A stretch of 63,917 nt of DNA, filler included. It is 15 parts of 15 records of this genome, joined end to end, with 100 filler letters (N's around TTAATTAATTAA, not from the genome) between each part and the next. Parts side by side here need not be neighbours in the genome. Positions count along the whole stretch, not along the records: positions 50,040 to 53,506 come from SRR7504441_15682; positions 53,607 to 56,611 come from SRR7504441_15685; positions 56,712 to 59,938 come from SRR7504441_15692; positions 60,039 to 63,917 come from SRR7504441_15693; 11 more parts are not named here. One strand, written 5' to 3'. Positions 50,791 through 61,766 of this stretch are shown here, piece after piece (position 1 is the first letter of the stretch; every line of letters starts with the position of its first letter). The position numbers were made by a program, and so were the translations under genes. The notes beneath the pieces were generated by a model, which was given only the letters and a program-made list of their open reading frames with translations, made no database searches and was not told the DNA's origin.

Positions 50791-53150
50791 ATGCAACACC
50801 CCAGCTGCCTGATTCTACTCCTGCTCGGGCTCGGCGGCGCGCTCGGCGGCTGGCATCACCGCACCGTCCCCGCCGGCTGGAGCTCCGCCCCCGTCGCGGC
50901 CCTCGCCTCGTCCGAGCTCGAGCTCAGCTTCTCGTTGCGACCGCGCCGACTAGCCGAGCTGCATAAGATCGTCGAACAAGTCTCTACCCCCGGCGGCCCC
51001 CTTTACGGCAGACACCTCACCCGGGCCCAGCTGGCCGCCCTGACCACCCCTGACCCGGCTGATCGTGCCGCTGTAACCAGTTGGCTCATCGGGGCCGGGG
51101 CGCGGGTACAAGGGACCGACTGGCTGACTGCGCGCCTGTCGATGGATGGATGGGCCCGGCTGCTGCGCACCGAGTTCGAGCAGCTGAGTCAGGCTGGCAC
51201 CGGACCGCCGCTGGTGCGCGCCCAGAGCTACTGGCTGCCGGAGGCGATCGAGTCGTCGGTGGCTGCGGTCTGGGGATTACACGGGCTGCCGCTGCCGGTC
51301 CGGACGGCGGTGCTCCCAGGGGAACCGGCCAGTGTGACACCGGCAGTGCTGGCTAAGACCTACTCGATAGCCGGAGTTGTCCCGAGCGGCAGCGCGAACA
51401 ACACGCAAGCTGTTGCCGAGTTCCAAGGCCAATACGAGAAGGATTCGGACTTGTCCAAGTTCTTCAAGGATTACGTCCCAGCCGCCCAGCCCGGGGACGA
51501 AAAGGTCTCCCGGTTCGTGGGCAGCCCGGACAAGCAGTCAAGCGGGGTCGAGGCCAGCCTGGACATCCAGTATATAATGGGGGTCGCTCCGCACCTGAAA
51601 ACCGAATTTTGGCTGTTTGCGTCGATGGACTTCTGCGCAGACTTGGCTAACTGGACCAGCACGATCCTGGCCGACGATTCAGCCCCCAAGGCGCGTTGCC
51701 GCCGCTATCGGAGCTCAGGTGTTCTGCAGGTGCACTCAGTGTCCTACGGTTGGCAAGGCAACCTGACTCAAATCCAGTGTGAGCCTGCAAAGGTGGCCGT
51801 AGTCGACGCCAACCTCGCCAAACTGGCGGCCGCCGGCATCTCAGTGATGATCTCCTCGGGCGACTCCGGCTCGGGGTACCAGCCGCCGCAGACCGAGTGC
51901 TTTGGACCTGAGGCGAATGTGACTAATCATACTCGTTGGGAGGGAACGGTCCTGAGTGCCGACCTTGCCGAGAGCTACACCGAGTGTTGTAACACAGCCG
52001 AGGGCAGTCCTTGGAGCTGGGAGCCCACCAGCACCCCCTGGTCTGCTGCACTTGGCCGCTGGCTCGCTAACGCTGGGCGCAGGCCGACTTGCGAGACGGG
52101 AGGGCACGGACTGCAGGGTAAGGTGTACACCGGCCAACCTGTGTATCAGCTGAGGTTCGATGAGGTCGACAAGTGCTGCAACGACGCGGAGCAGATCAAG
52201 GGCTATTTCGACTTCACCCCGGGCTCTCCGGGCTTTTGCAACGTTTATCTCAAAGTGAATGGCACAGTCGACAGACCCGGGTGCGAGCCTAGCTGGGGGG
52301 GGGTCAACCAATGGGGGGCAGCGCGCAGTACGGCCAGCCGCGCGAGGCGCTCGAGGGGGTCTGCACGGTGTTTGCCCAAGTAACCGGTCGCAAGCCAAGC
52401 CCGGGGGCTCTCTCTGGCATGTCAGCAGTCTCAGCCAAGCTCTGGCCATCCTGGCCCGCCTCGTCGCCATACGTTACGGCGGTGGGGGCGACTCGGTTTG
52501 TTGGGCAGCAGCCTGGGAATGCGGAGATGGCGACTGACCAGTTCGGGTCTGGCGGCGGCTTCTCTGATGACTTTGACCAGCCTAAATGGCAGCAGGCAGC
52601 AGTGGGTGGCTACCTATCACACCCTCCCAAGGATCCGCACTTCCCACCGGCTGGGTCCTTCCGACCCGAAGGGCGCGCCACCCCAGATGTGCCAGACTGG
52701 CCGAACGCGTCTGACGGGCACGCAGGTGAGTGCTCTGGGCGAGGGGTATCAGGTCATTGTCGACGGCCAAGTGCAGTCGGTTGGCGGAACATCAGCCTCG
52801 TCGCCTGCGTTTGCTGGGATGGTGGCTTTGATCAATGAGGCGAGGCTCAAGGCCGGAATGCCCGCAATGGGGTTGCTGAACCCTTTCATCTACCAGGTAG
52901 CATCCCGAGCCTCGCTGGCTGTGAGGGGCTTTGGGCAGCACCCTGAGTGCTTCACGGATGTCACGCTGGGCACGAATGCCATCGGGCGAGGTGCGGGCCA
53001 TTGGGGCTGGGCTGACAGCGGCGGGGAGGCTCGGGGCCGATCAAGTACGGGTTCAATGCCACGCAAGGCTGGGATCCGGCCACAGGCCTGGGCACCCCAA
53101 AGTTTGACAAGCTGCTGGCGGCCGCACTCAATGCGAGCAAGGTAGACTGA
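50791..53150 (+). CDS. Secreted/lysosomal S53 sedolisin-family peptidase (tripeptidyl-peptidase 1-like) with pro-domain and Cys-rich insert
   Basis: Signal peptide, prodomain [48 protein letters not shown] and [11 protein letters not shown]; 6 micro-introns. Confidence 0.9.
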
Positions 53151-53230
53151 TGGCGAAGGTTGTCTGGAGCCACGGGTCTATAGTCCTATAGTACGTACCG
53201 GACGTATACCTACGTCGGATTATGGTCACG

Positions 53231-53374
53231 ACAGGTGACTACTAGGTGACTCATCGGTGACTACATAAAATTTATAAAGGCGATAATGACGAGCTTGTTT
53301 TCTGTTACGTTTCAAACCTTGTTTTAATTAAATACTTCTCTCAAGAGTCGCCTAATAGTCGCCTAAGAGTCGCC
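53231..53374. repeat. Two 11-bp-period triplets: (NNNGGTGAC-TA/TC)x3 at 53231-53263 and AGAGTCGCC-TA-ATAGTCGCC-TA-AGAGTCGCC at 53344-53374
   Basis: Read directly from the 3' flank of the S53 gene. Confidence 0.85.
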
Positions 53375-53879
53375 CAATACTCTCCACTGTTAATGAGTTA
53401 TCGTCGGGACTCAAAAAGGGCATGGAATACCGTGTCGACCATCCGCTTCTCGCACTCAATCGGCCTTCTCAGGCAGCATGATAGTTCCGACCTTCTCAGG
53501 CAGCCCNNNNNNNNNNNNNNNNNNNNNNNNNNNNNNNNNNNNNNNNNNNNTTAATTAATTAANNNNNNNNNNNNNNNNNNNNNNNNNNNNNNNNNNNNNN
53601 NNNNNNGGTCAACAGGGCCTGTATTTCGAATCACTGACCGGGACAGCTCTCCAGGACTGATCACCTTCCTTCTCATCCGTCTTGCCCTTCTCAGCGACCA
53701 GCCTAGCAGAAGAGGAGGACGCCGTGTTGACCTTACGCTTCTTCTTCTTCTGGGACTGCTGCGATTCCAGCTCTACCCGTTGAAGATCCGCGAGCTGTTC
53801 CGTTCGAGGCGTGCAGCGCACCCACAGCGACGGCTCGGAGCGGCTGCTGTAACGGATTTTGCTTGCAATGCTGCTCGAA

Positions 53880-56399
53880 ATGAGGCTGCTCTGCACGCTC
53901 GCCGTTTGCCTGTGGCTCGCCCCGGGCCCGGCCGAGGGCTCGGGCGGCGTTGTGCAGGTCGGTTCGGCCCGGTTCACAGTCTTAACCGACTCGCTGCTCC
54001 GGCTTGAACTGGCCAACGGCACCAGCTTCGACCCGCGGGCTTCGCTGATCTTCGATCGCCGGCCCGACCACCTCCCGGCCTTCACCGTCGAGCGGCCCAG
54101 CCCGGGGGCGGTGGTGATCCGGACGGCTCGCCTCGAGCTGCGGTACGCCAGTCCGCCTGGGGGAAGCACAAGCTTCGCCCCGGAGTGCTTAAACGTCTCG
54201 TTCAGCTTGGGTGAGGGCCGAGGGGTGTGGCGGCCGGGCATGACTGACCCATCCAACCTGAACGGCACAGTGGGAGCGCTCGACTGCTACGATGAGCCAG
54301 CCCAATGCGTGGCTGGCTACCGTAAAGGCATGTCGCCTGGCTTAATCAGCCGGAGCGGGTGGTACGTCTGGGATGACACGCAGACACCGCGCTGGGCCGA
54401 CCCGAGCGGCCCGCAGGACTGGCGCTGGTTTGGGCCTGGCTCCGGGCCGCTCCAGGACCTTTACTTCTTTGGGCACGGCCGGAGGTATACGGACGCTCTC
54501 AAGGATTTCACGATGGTTGCGGGTAAGCCGCCGATGCCGCCTCTGTCAGCGTTTGGGGTCTGGTGGAGCCGCTACTGGGTCTACTCGGAGCGGTCGTTCC
54601 TGGAGCAGGTGATTGACGGTTATGCCGAGCATGCGCTGCCACTGAGCCACGTGGTGCTCGATATGGACTGGCACGTGGTCGGCCAATGGGGTGGGTACTC
54701 CTGGAACACAACGCTGTTTCCGAATCTAACGGACTTTATCGGAATGCTGCACAGCGACGCCAATCCGGTGGGGCACCCCCTTAAGCTGCTGCTGAACTTG
54801 CACCCGGCCGCGATCGACTCTCACGAGGACCGGTACACTCAGTTCTGGCAAGCAATGGGGTACAAGTCAGATCCTCACAAAAGCTTCCCGTGTGCCGTCA
54901 ACAACCTTCAGTACGCCTCGGCCTTATTCGGGCAGGTGCTGGGCAGCTTCGGCGGGTCGGCCCCTCCAGCGGTCAACAGCTTGGTGGATTACTGGTGGAC
55001 AGACTGGGGTGGGTGTGCCAGCGGCCCGCCTGCACTCTCTGGTGTAAGTAATCTATGGTGGGGCAATTACGTCTGGTCCTCGGACCCAGGCCGGTTCGGC
55101 GGGTCAGGAGGCGCGGAGCGAAGCCTTGTGCTCTCACGGTATGGCGGGCTGGGTACTCATAGGTATCCTGTCGGATTCAGCGGCGACGCGCAGCAGAGCT
55201 ACACGACACTGCAGTATCAGATTGAGATGACGCCTCAAGCCTCCAACGTGCTCTTCGGGTACTGGAGTCACGACCTCGGTGGCTTCCACAACGGCACGCT
55301 CCACAATATAACGGACGTGCCGGGCGACGAGGATCCGTCCCGCTTGCGCGGGTCTGAGATGTATTTGCGCTGGCTGCAGTTCGGAGCTGTTTCTCCTATT
55401 TTTAGAACGCACTGCAACTTGGATGATACCGCCAAGGAGCTCCCGGGTGGCTGCGACCCGAGGACCTCGCCCGATCCAGCCACCGGCGGCACAAGTTGCG
55501 TCGGGTGCGAGCGCCGGATTTGGAAGTTTCCGCACTTTGCTCAAATGAAGGATGCTATGGTCTTCAGGAACTCGCTTCAGCCGTATTTATACACAGCGGC
55601 ACGAGAGCACTACGACACCGGCGTGGCCCCCGTCCGCCCGCTTTACTACGAGTTCGCGGAGCTGGATGAAGCCTACAGTTGGGCCACCACCGAGTACTTC
55701 TTTGGGCAGCAAATCTTGGCGGCCCCGATATCAGAGCCTGCCGACACGCCGGATCCGAGTACAGGGACAACACCCAAGAAGATCTGGCTGCCGCCGGGCA
55801 CATGGAGCTCATGGGACGGCGCGCAGACCCACTTTGGCCCGGCGGTGCTCGCCTTTAATTATTCGCTCTCGCAGCTGCCGCTGTTCGTGGCCGCTGGAGC
55901 CGTGATCCCGCTAAAAACGATGCTCTCAGTGAGTCACAGCGCGCCCGATCCTCTGGTCTGGGTGCTGTTCGCCGGCTGGGCTACTGGCTCCGGTAGAGTA
56001 TACGAGGACGACGGGCACACTCAGGACTATGCGTCCGGCCCGGTGGGGGCGGCAGGCACGGGCAGCCGCTATGTGAAGCTTTCGCACACTGGCAGTTGGA
56101 GCGAACACGTGGCAGTCACTGTGAGCACGGAAGGGGAGCCTGGACTAGCCTCCAGCCGGGGGCATGTGCTCCAGTTGCGGGGGCTGGCTCCCGACGCGCT
56201 CAAGGCAGTGTCCGTTGAAGGAGGCGCGCGGCTCCAGATGCTGCCACCGACCAGCCAGCCGGTGCATGAGCGGCTCGATTCGGTCGGATGGTGGCAGCAC
56301 ACAGCAGATGGGCTATCCACCCCTCGGGGCGCTGTTGTGGTGAATCTGGGCCGCACAAACCCGACGCAGGAGCTCAAGGTACGACTGGACTTTCATTGA
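53880..56399 (+). CDS. Secreted GH31 alpha-glucosidase/alpha-xylosidase-like enzyme (intronless; start 53868 or 53880)
   Basis: Signal peptide; GVWWSRYW, VLDMDWH, WWTDW (nucleophile), HRYPVGFSGD, WSHDLGGF, RWLQFG, YEDDG. Confidence 0.9.
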   Translation: MRLLCTLAVCLWLAPGPAEGSGGVVQVGSARFTVLTDSLLRLELANGTSFDPRASLIFDRRPDHLPAFTVERPSPGAVVIRTARLELRYASPPGGSTSFAPECLNVSFSLGEGRGVWRPGMTDPSNLNGTVGALDCYDEPAQCVAGYRKGMSPGLISRSGWYVWDDTQTPRWADPSGPQDWRWFGPGSGPLQDLYFFGHGRRYTDALKDFTMVAGKPPMPPLSAFGVWWSRYWVYSERSFLEQVIDGYAEHALPLSHVVLDMDWHVVGQWGGYSWNTTLFPNLTDFIGMLHSDANPVGHPLKLLLNLHPAAIDSHEDRYTQFWQAMGYKSDPHKSFPCAVNNLQYASALFGQVLGSFGGSAPPAVNSLVDYWWTDWGGCASGPPALSGVSNLWWGNYVWSSDPGRFGGSGGAERSLVLSRYGGLGTHRYPVGFSGDAQQSYTTLQYQIEMTPQASNVLFGYWSHDLGGFHNGTLHNITDVPGDEDPSRLRGSEMYLRWLQFGAVSPIFRTHCNLDDTAKELPGGCDPRTSPDPATGGTSCVGCERRIWKFPHFAQMKDAMVFRNSLQPYLYTAAREHYDTGVAPVRPLYYEFAELDEAYSWATTEYFFGQQILAAPISEPADTPDPSTGTTPKKIWLPPGTWSSWDGAQTHFGPAVLAFNYSLSQLPLFVAAGAVIPLKTMLSVSHSAPDPLVWVLFAGWATGSGRVYEDDGHTQDYASGPVGAAGTGSRYVKLSHTGSWSEHVAVTVSTEGEPGLASSRGHVLQLRGLAPDALKAVSVEGGARLQMLPPTSQPVHERLDSVGWWQHTADGLSTPRGAVVVNLGRTNPTQELKVRLDFH

Positions 56400-56859
56400 T
56401 TTTGTGCGTAGGTTAAATACTACGATAGAACCCGGCGCAATATACTTGTAACACACCAAATCAGCATTAAAAACAGTTTATTTTAGGCTAAACATTCGGT
56501 TAGATGCACATGGTAGGCGGCTCGTTGGAAATAGTGCGCTCTAATGCTATCTATACACTGGTTTATGTCTAACACCAAAGGCAGATTGCTAGCTGCCTGC
56601 GCTCCACGTACNNNNNNNNNNNNNNNNNNNNNNNNNNNNNNNNNNNNNNNNNNNNTTAATTAATTAANNNNNNNNNNNNNNNNNNNNNNNNNNNNNNNNN
56701 NNNNNNNNNNNTCTGAACGTGGGCATGCGGAGATAGTGGCAGCGTTGAAGGCGGCAAAAGTGCACAAATCGAACTAAGTGCTCGTACCCAGCTCGTCCTG
56801 ACTCGCACGCACTGCTTCACAGTCATGGACCGACCAAGTTACAATGTCATGATTGTGCT

Positions 56860-56897
56860 CTAAAGTCAATCACGGCCTAAAGTCAATCACGGCCTAA
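56860..56897. repeat. 17-bp tandem duplication CTAAAGTCAATCACGGC
   Basis: Two exact copies plus a partial third, in the 3' flank of ALG6. Confidence 0.85.
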
Positions 56898-56963
56898 GTA
56901 CTCACCGCCTCTACATTTTACCAACCATTAATTAATAACAATGAATTTTACCAAGGCTCGGCT

Positions 56964-58721
56964 CTATTCATCTTTCTGGGTTTTGGTGCGAAATGTTGAA
57001 ATTTGCGTCCAAGTGACTACGCACCAAGCGAGGACAAAGTGGACGGCAGCAAAGCAAACAAAAGCGTAAGTGATCAGGTCAGGGTAGCGGGCTGGCGGCT
57101 CAACAAATGCCTCGATTAGGTGCACCAGCGCCATCCCCGCGCTCGAGCCGGCGACCAGCCAGCGCCGTACTCCGGGGGTCGGCGGGCCACAGCAGCCATA
57201 CGCCACGCAAGCGAAAAGTCCGTTGACGACAAAGTAGGCAAAGGCCAACTGATCGCGGCGGAGGAGCGGGAACATGGAGAAGCTGCACACGAGCACCAGT
57301 TGGCAGAGCAGGTGCGGCTCGGCCGGGCCGAGCAGCGCCAGCGGGAGCAGCGGGAACAGGATCGTCTTCTCATGGACCTGCCAAGCGTGAGAGCCCCACA
57401 GGCACAGCAGCCGCCTGGAAGGAGAACAGGTAGAAAGCCAGCCCCGAGCAGGCCAGCCCGCGCAGGAAGACTGGGATGCGCGGCTGCCAGAGCAGCTGGA
57501 TCGTGCCAGCTAGCGTGCTGGCGAGGGTCGCGCCCGTTGAGATCAAGACCAGCTGTGGGCGAGAGAAGATGCGGTCCCACTTGACCAGGAGAGACGTGCC
57601 GCCCCAGAAGTTGGCTACCTTGTCCTCGTAGATCCCGCGACCGAACGGGAACACCCGGTGGGCCACCTGGGTCAGCGCCTGCTTGGAGAGGAGCCACGGC
57701 CCGAGCGCCAGCCCAGTGAGCCCGAGCACTATCGCTCCGAGCACACAAACCATCCAGCCGGTGCCCAGCCTGCCGCCGGCTCACGCGGCGGCCGGCCCGA
57801 GTCACATGGTGGGCCGCTGCAGCGCCTTGCCGAGCAGGTAGAAGAAGAAGGGCAGCGCGAAGTAGAGGGCCATCTGCTTGTAGAGCAGCGCTAGGCAGAA
57901 GCACCCGGCCGCGCTGTACGGCCTCTCATCCGCGGCTGCGGCCACCGCCAGCAGCACAAAGCCGAGGCAGACCCCGTTATACCTGCCGGCGGCTGGACGG
58001 CCGGGGCCGGGCTGGGTACTGGAAGTGGCCGTGGTCTATTAAGATGAGCGGAGGCAGCAAACAGAGCAGCAGCAGCCATCCGGCCTGGCCCCGGCCTTCA
58101 CAGCCAGCCAGCCGCACCGCACCTGCTCCGGGGGCGGCAGCCTGCGGTGGATCGACCGGACCGCCAGGTAGAGCGCCGGGAGTAGCAGCAGCAGGTCGGC
58201 CACCTGCCGGGGCTGGGCGGCCGGAGCGGCCGGCGGCACCAGCACGGTGCTCCGCATAAAAAGCTTGGTCTCGTAGGTCTCTATCCCGCGCGAGAGGTGC
58301 AGCGCCACCATCTCCGGCACGATCTGCTCAGCCCTGCCCGAGCTGGCCGGCCGGCAGCGGGGAGGCGCACAGTTTGCCGCAGGCCCAGGCGTGAAAGGCG
58401 GTGAGCGGCGGGTAGTCGAGGCCCCAGTAGAGCAGGTCGTTGTCCGGGGTGGCGGTGTACCAGTCGGCCACCGGAAGGTTGACTGTGATCTCCATCCAGT
58501 GCCTGCCGCCGGTCGGGGGGGCGGGCCGGGGGGCACCTCTGAGCCTCGTAGTCCCCGAACATCGGCGGGTCGGCTTGGCCGGAGTAAGAGTGCAGCGAGC
58601 ACAGCTTGCGCACCAGCAGCCCCACCATCACGATCGCGAACGCCACCGGGCCCGGCGCCATCCCAGGCCGGCTAAGCAGCTCCACCAGCCCCCCGCGCAG
58701 CTCACCGCCGGTGGTGGCCAT
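56964..58721 (-). CDS. ALG6: Dolichyl-PP-Man9GlcNAc2 alpha-1,3-glucosyltransferase
   Basis: [91 protein letters not shown]. Confidence 0.95.
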
Positions 58722-58827
58722 TTTAAACGGAAGCAGCGCAGCCCTCCTCCCTACACTGGCTGAGCAGGCGCCGCTCTTGGAGCACGGGCGGCACGCTCAG
58801 CTGAGCGGCGGCCCGGACGAGTCGTCG

Positions 58828-59907
58828 ATGCCTGGCTCCTTAGGCCGACTGGCCTGTCCGCTCGGCACCCTGCTCATCCCGCTGATCGCGCTGGTCCTGC
58901 TCTTCGTCGAGCCGGCCGCCTCCAGGGGCAACGACTGGGCCGGCTCCGAGCTGAGCTGGTGTGCCGTTGTGGCCGCGGTGCTGCTCTCGGCCGACTGCGG
59001 GCTGCACCAGCTCCGGCTCTGCCTGGATCCACACCGCCGCCAACCCGCGCTCCTGCAGGCGGCGCACACGGCCGGCTACCTGGCCTGCCTGGCCGTACTG
59101 CTCCTCCCCGCGCTCGCGCCGCACTCGGGCGGGGCGGCCGACGCGGCCCGGGGGCTGGTTGTGCTGGCGGCCGTGGCCACCACTGCGGCCGGGTGCGGTG
59201 AGCTCTATTTGAGCTGGGCGGCCCGTTCTCTGGAGGCAACATACATGGGGGTGGCCCCTGCCGAGCCGGACGAGTGCGGGGCGGCCGACCTGTCGCTCCA
59301 GAGCATCCCGGCGCTGGAGGAGCCCGACGAGGAGCTTCTGGCCCGGCGGCTGGAGCGGGCGCTGAGCACTTCGAGTGTTGAGACTGTGAGTGAGAAGTCT
59401 CTCGATCCCACGGATGATATCCTATTCTCTGTGGAAGAGCCGGCGGTGCAGGAGTCGCCCAAGGCGTACAGGTGGTTCCAGCCGCGGGTGGAGCAGCTGT
59501 TTGAGAGTTGCTGCCGCCGTTGGCAGGCCGAAGTGGCAGGGGCGGAGGCTCAGCACGAGGCCGGGGCGGAGGCACAGCTGGAGGCCGAGATTGTGCTGAG
59601 TGTGATACAAAACACCTTCATCGAGAAGAAGACGCTGGTGGGCTTCTGGCGCGGGTCGGAGGAGCTGTATCGGCCGCTCAAGCAGCAGCTGGGTTACGAG
59701 AGGGACCAGGCGTTCAAGATTGTGAGGCTGGAGCACTGGGAGCAACTAATGCAGTCGCAGCTCCAACAGATTGGGCCGCGCAAGTTTGACAAGTGGCTTA
59801 AGCGCGTCGAACGCGAGTTTGTGGCCAGCAGCCGCAAGCCTCCGGCGGTGTCCAGTCAAAGCACCGGAGCTGCCAGCTTGAGGATGATGCCGTCCGACCT
59901 GATTTGA
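58828..59907 (+). CDS. Hypothetical membrane protein (about 4 N-terminal TM segments, acidic cytosolic C-terminal domain)
   Basis: Intact ORF with four hydrophobic segments; divergent from ALG6. Confidence 0.55.
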   Translation: MPGSLGRLACPLGTLLIPLIALVLLFVEPAASRGNDWAGSELSWCAVVAAVLLSADCGLHQLRLCLDPHRRQPALLQAAHTAGYLACLAVLLLPALAPHSGGAADAARGLVVLAAVATTAAGCGELYLSWAARSLEATYMGVAPAEPDECGAADLSLQSIPALEEPDEELLARRLERALSTSSVETVSEKSLDPTDDILFSVEEPAVQESPKAYRWFQPRVEQLFESCCRRWQAEVAGAEAQHEAGAEAQLEAEIVLSVIQNTFIEKKTLVGFWRGSEELYRPLKQQLGYERDQAFKIVRLEHWEQLMQSQLQQIGPRKFDKWLKRVEREFVASSRKPPAVSSQSTGAASLRMMPSDLI

Positions 59908-60038
59908 AACCTTGAGGCAAGCAGGAGCCGGGTGACGTNNNNNNNNNNNNNNNNNNNNNNNNNNNNNNNNNNNNNNNNNNNNTTAATTAATTAANNNNNN
60001 NNNNNNNNNNNNNNNNNNNNNNNNNNNNNNNNNNNNNN

Positions 60039-61608
60039 ACACCGGATCCGCCTGCTCTCCCGCATGTTCGGCCATCTCCACCAGTCCTGCTATCAGATCA
60101 GTTTGAACCCTCTCAGTCGTAAACTTGTTACGAGCTCTGGCACAATCAGATGTGGAGGCGTCAATTGGGAGACTTAGCGCCCGCCGGACCTCAGCAGGAG
60201 AAATGATATCACTCTGCGTGGCCACAAAGGCAAGTTTGCCATAGCTTCCGTCCATGAGCAGCTGCGACCTAAATTGGCTGTTGATCATATCCTTGGCGGT
60301 CTTGTCGTTTACTGCCCTGTTGATGTTGCTGACGATCCAGATCATGTCAGCCTCCTTCAGGTGAGTCTTGACCACTTTATCTCGCGCGCCGTTGTCGTCA
60401 TGCACACCAGGAGCGTCCACCAGCACTGCGCCTGTCCTCAGCATGCTCCATTTTGAAGACCACACTCGCACCCGCTTGACTAACGGCCAGTGGCTGCCTG
60501 CCGTCACTTCATTTGCACTGTCCATGTACTTCTCCAGCTTTGAGCTGAAGCTCTGAGCGGTCCGCGCTGTCACCCGGCACACGGTGCCACAGCTTCGGGT
60601 GATTGCACTGCACCGCAGCAGCTTCGCCTTTAGCTTGGCCAGAGGCGGCGCGCTGTAGACTTTCCGTCCACCATTGTATTGACCTGTCCATTCGGATGAG
60701 TGCGTGTAATCTTCACCGTAAATGGCATACAGCTTGCAGAATGAATTGTAATTATAGCTGCCAGGATCGTTGACATGCAGAATGGCCCTTCCATCCTGAG
60801 TCTGCAGCTCATCCAACAAGTCGTCCAGCTCACGCGCCCATTCCTGCTGAGTCAAGAACTCGACCTCGCCTCGGTATGGCTCGGCTGCTGGAAGCGCTCC
60901 ATCGTACGCCAGCTCGATCAGCACTGCTGTGCAGGCTCGCATCCCATTGGTTGGTAGCACCTCGGTCTCACCCAGCAGAGAGTTCAGTAGAGTCGACTTG
61001 CCGGCGCCAGTCTGGCCGACCACCACGATGCTCATTTGTGGCAGCGTCAGCTTCTTGCTGAGGCGGTCCAGCTCCTCCAGACGGGCGCTCATCACCCCGG
61101 GAGAGGCCCAGCCGCCGGCCTTGATTGCCTCGCGGAATTTGTTGGCAGACCACTGGCAAGAGCCTATGCAGTCGGCCTCCGCCCCGAGTTGTGCCGCCAC
61201 TGCCCGCTCGTCACCGGCCACAGTCTGCTGGTTGCTCTGCGCTTGGGCGGCTGCCGGCCCGGGCTGCTCTTCCCCGGAGGATGCTGGAGCTCCAGCCGCC
61301 TCGGGCTGGCGTTTGACCGCCTCGCGGAGTCGCATGCTGAGCTTGCGCCGGGAGATCAGGGAATCTAGCCCTAGCTGAGTCTTCATCTGCTCCTCGGGCA
61401 ACGGGCCGAGCAGCATGCCCGGGGTAATACCGGCAGCCAGACACTTGGGCAGGATGTTCGAGAAGCCAATTGAGCCCAGCCACCGCCGCAACTCGTCCTC
61501 GCTCGAACCAACGGTGAGCACTGGCGCGGACGGCGGCGGCTGAGGGTCCTGCTTGCACGCAAGCGCCTCACCTTTCATCCCGAGCGACCCAGGAGCCTCA
61601 CCTTCCAT
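60039..61608 (-). CDS. SAM domain + dynamin-like GTPase (Dynamin_N, NUGGC/SLIP-GC-like), 3'-truncated
   Basis: SAM: SEDELRRWLGSIGF...GIT...LL...QLGL..LISRRKL. G1 GQTGAGKS, LPTNGMRACT, G3 LVDAPG, INRAVNDK. Confidence 0.85.
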
Positions 61609-61652
61609 CACGAGTGATTCAAAGACTCTGAGACTCTCGCTTGAACACACTG

Positions 61653-61736
61653 GAGCTTCCCGCAGGCACGGTGAGCTTCCGCAGGCAGGGTGAGCATCGG
61701 TGTGAAAGCGTGGCGGTGAGCTTCGGCCAGCACGGA
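61653..61736. repeat. Degenerate GGTGAGCTTC(C)GCAGGCA repeats in the divergent intergenic region
   Basis: Two near-exact approx. 19-bp units plus partial copies between the two divergent ATGs. Confidence 0.65.
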
Positions 61737-61766
61737 CCTCCTTGAGCTGCTCCGCGCCGGCCTGTG

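Noticed and set aside
53231-53374. CRISPR-like repeat-spacer array
   Set aside because: Units are 9-11 bp with 2-nt spacers, no cas genes, eukaryotic context.
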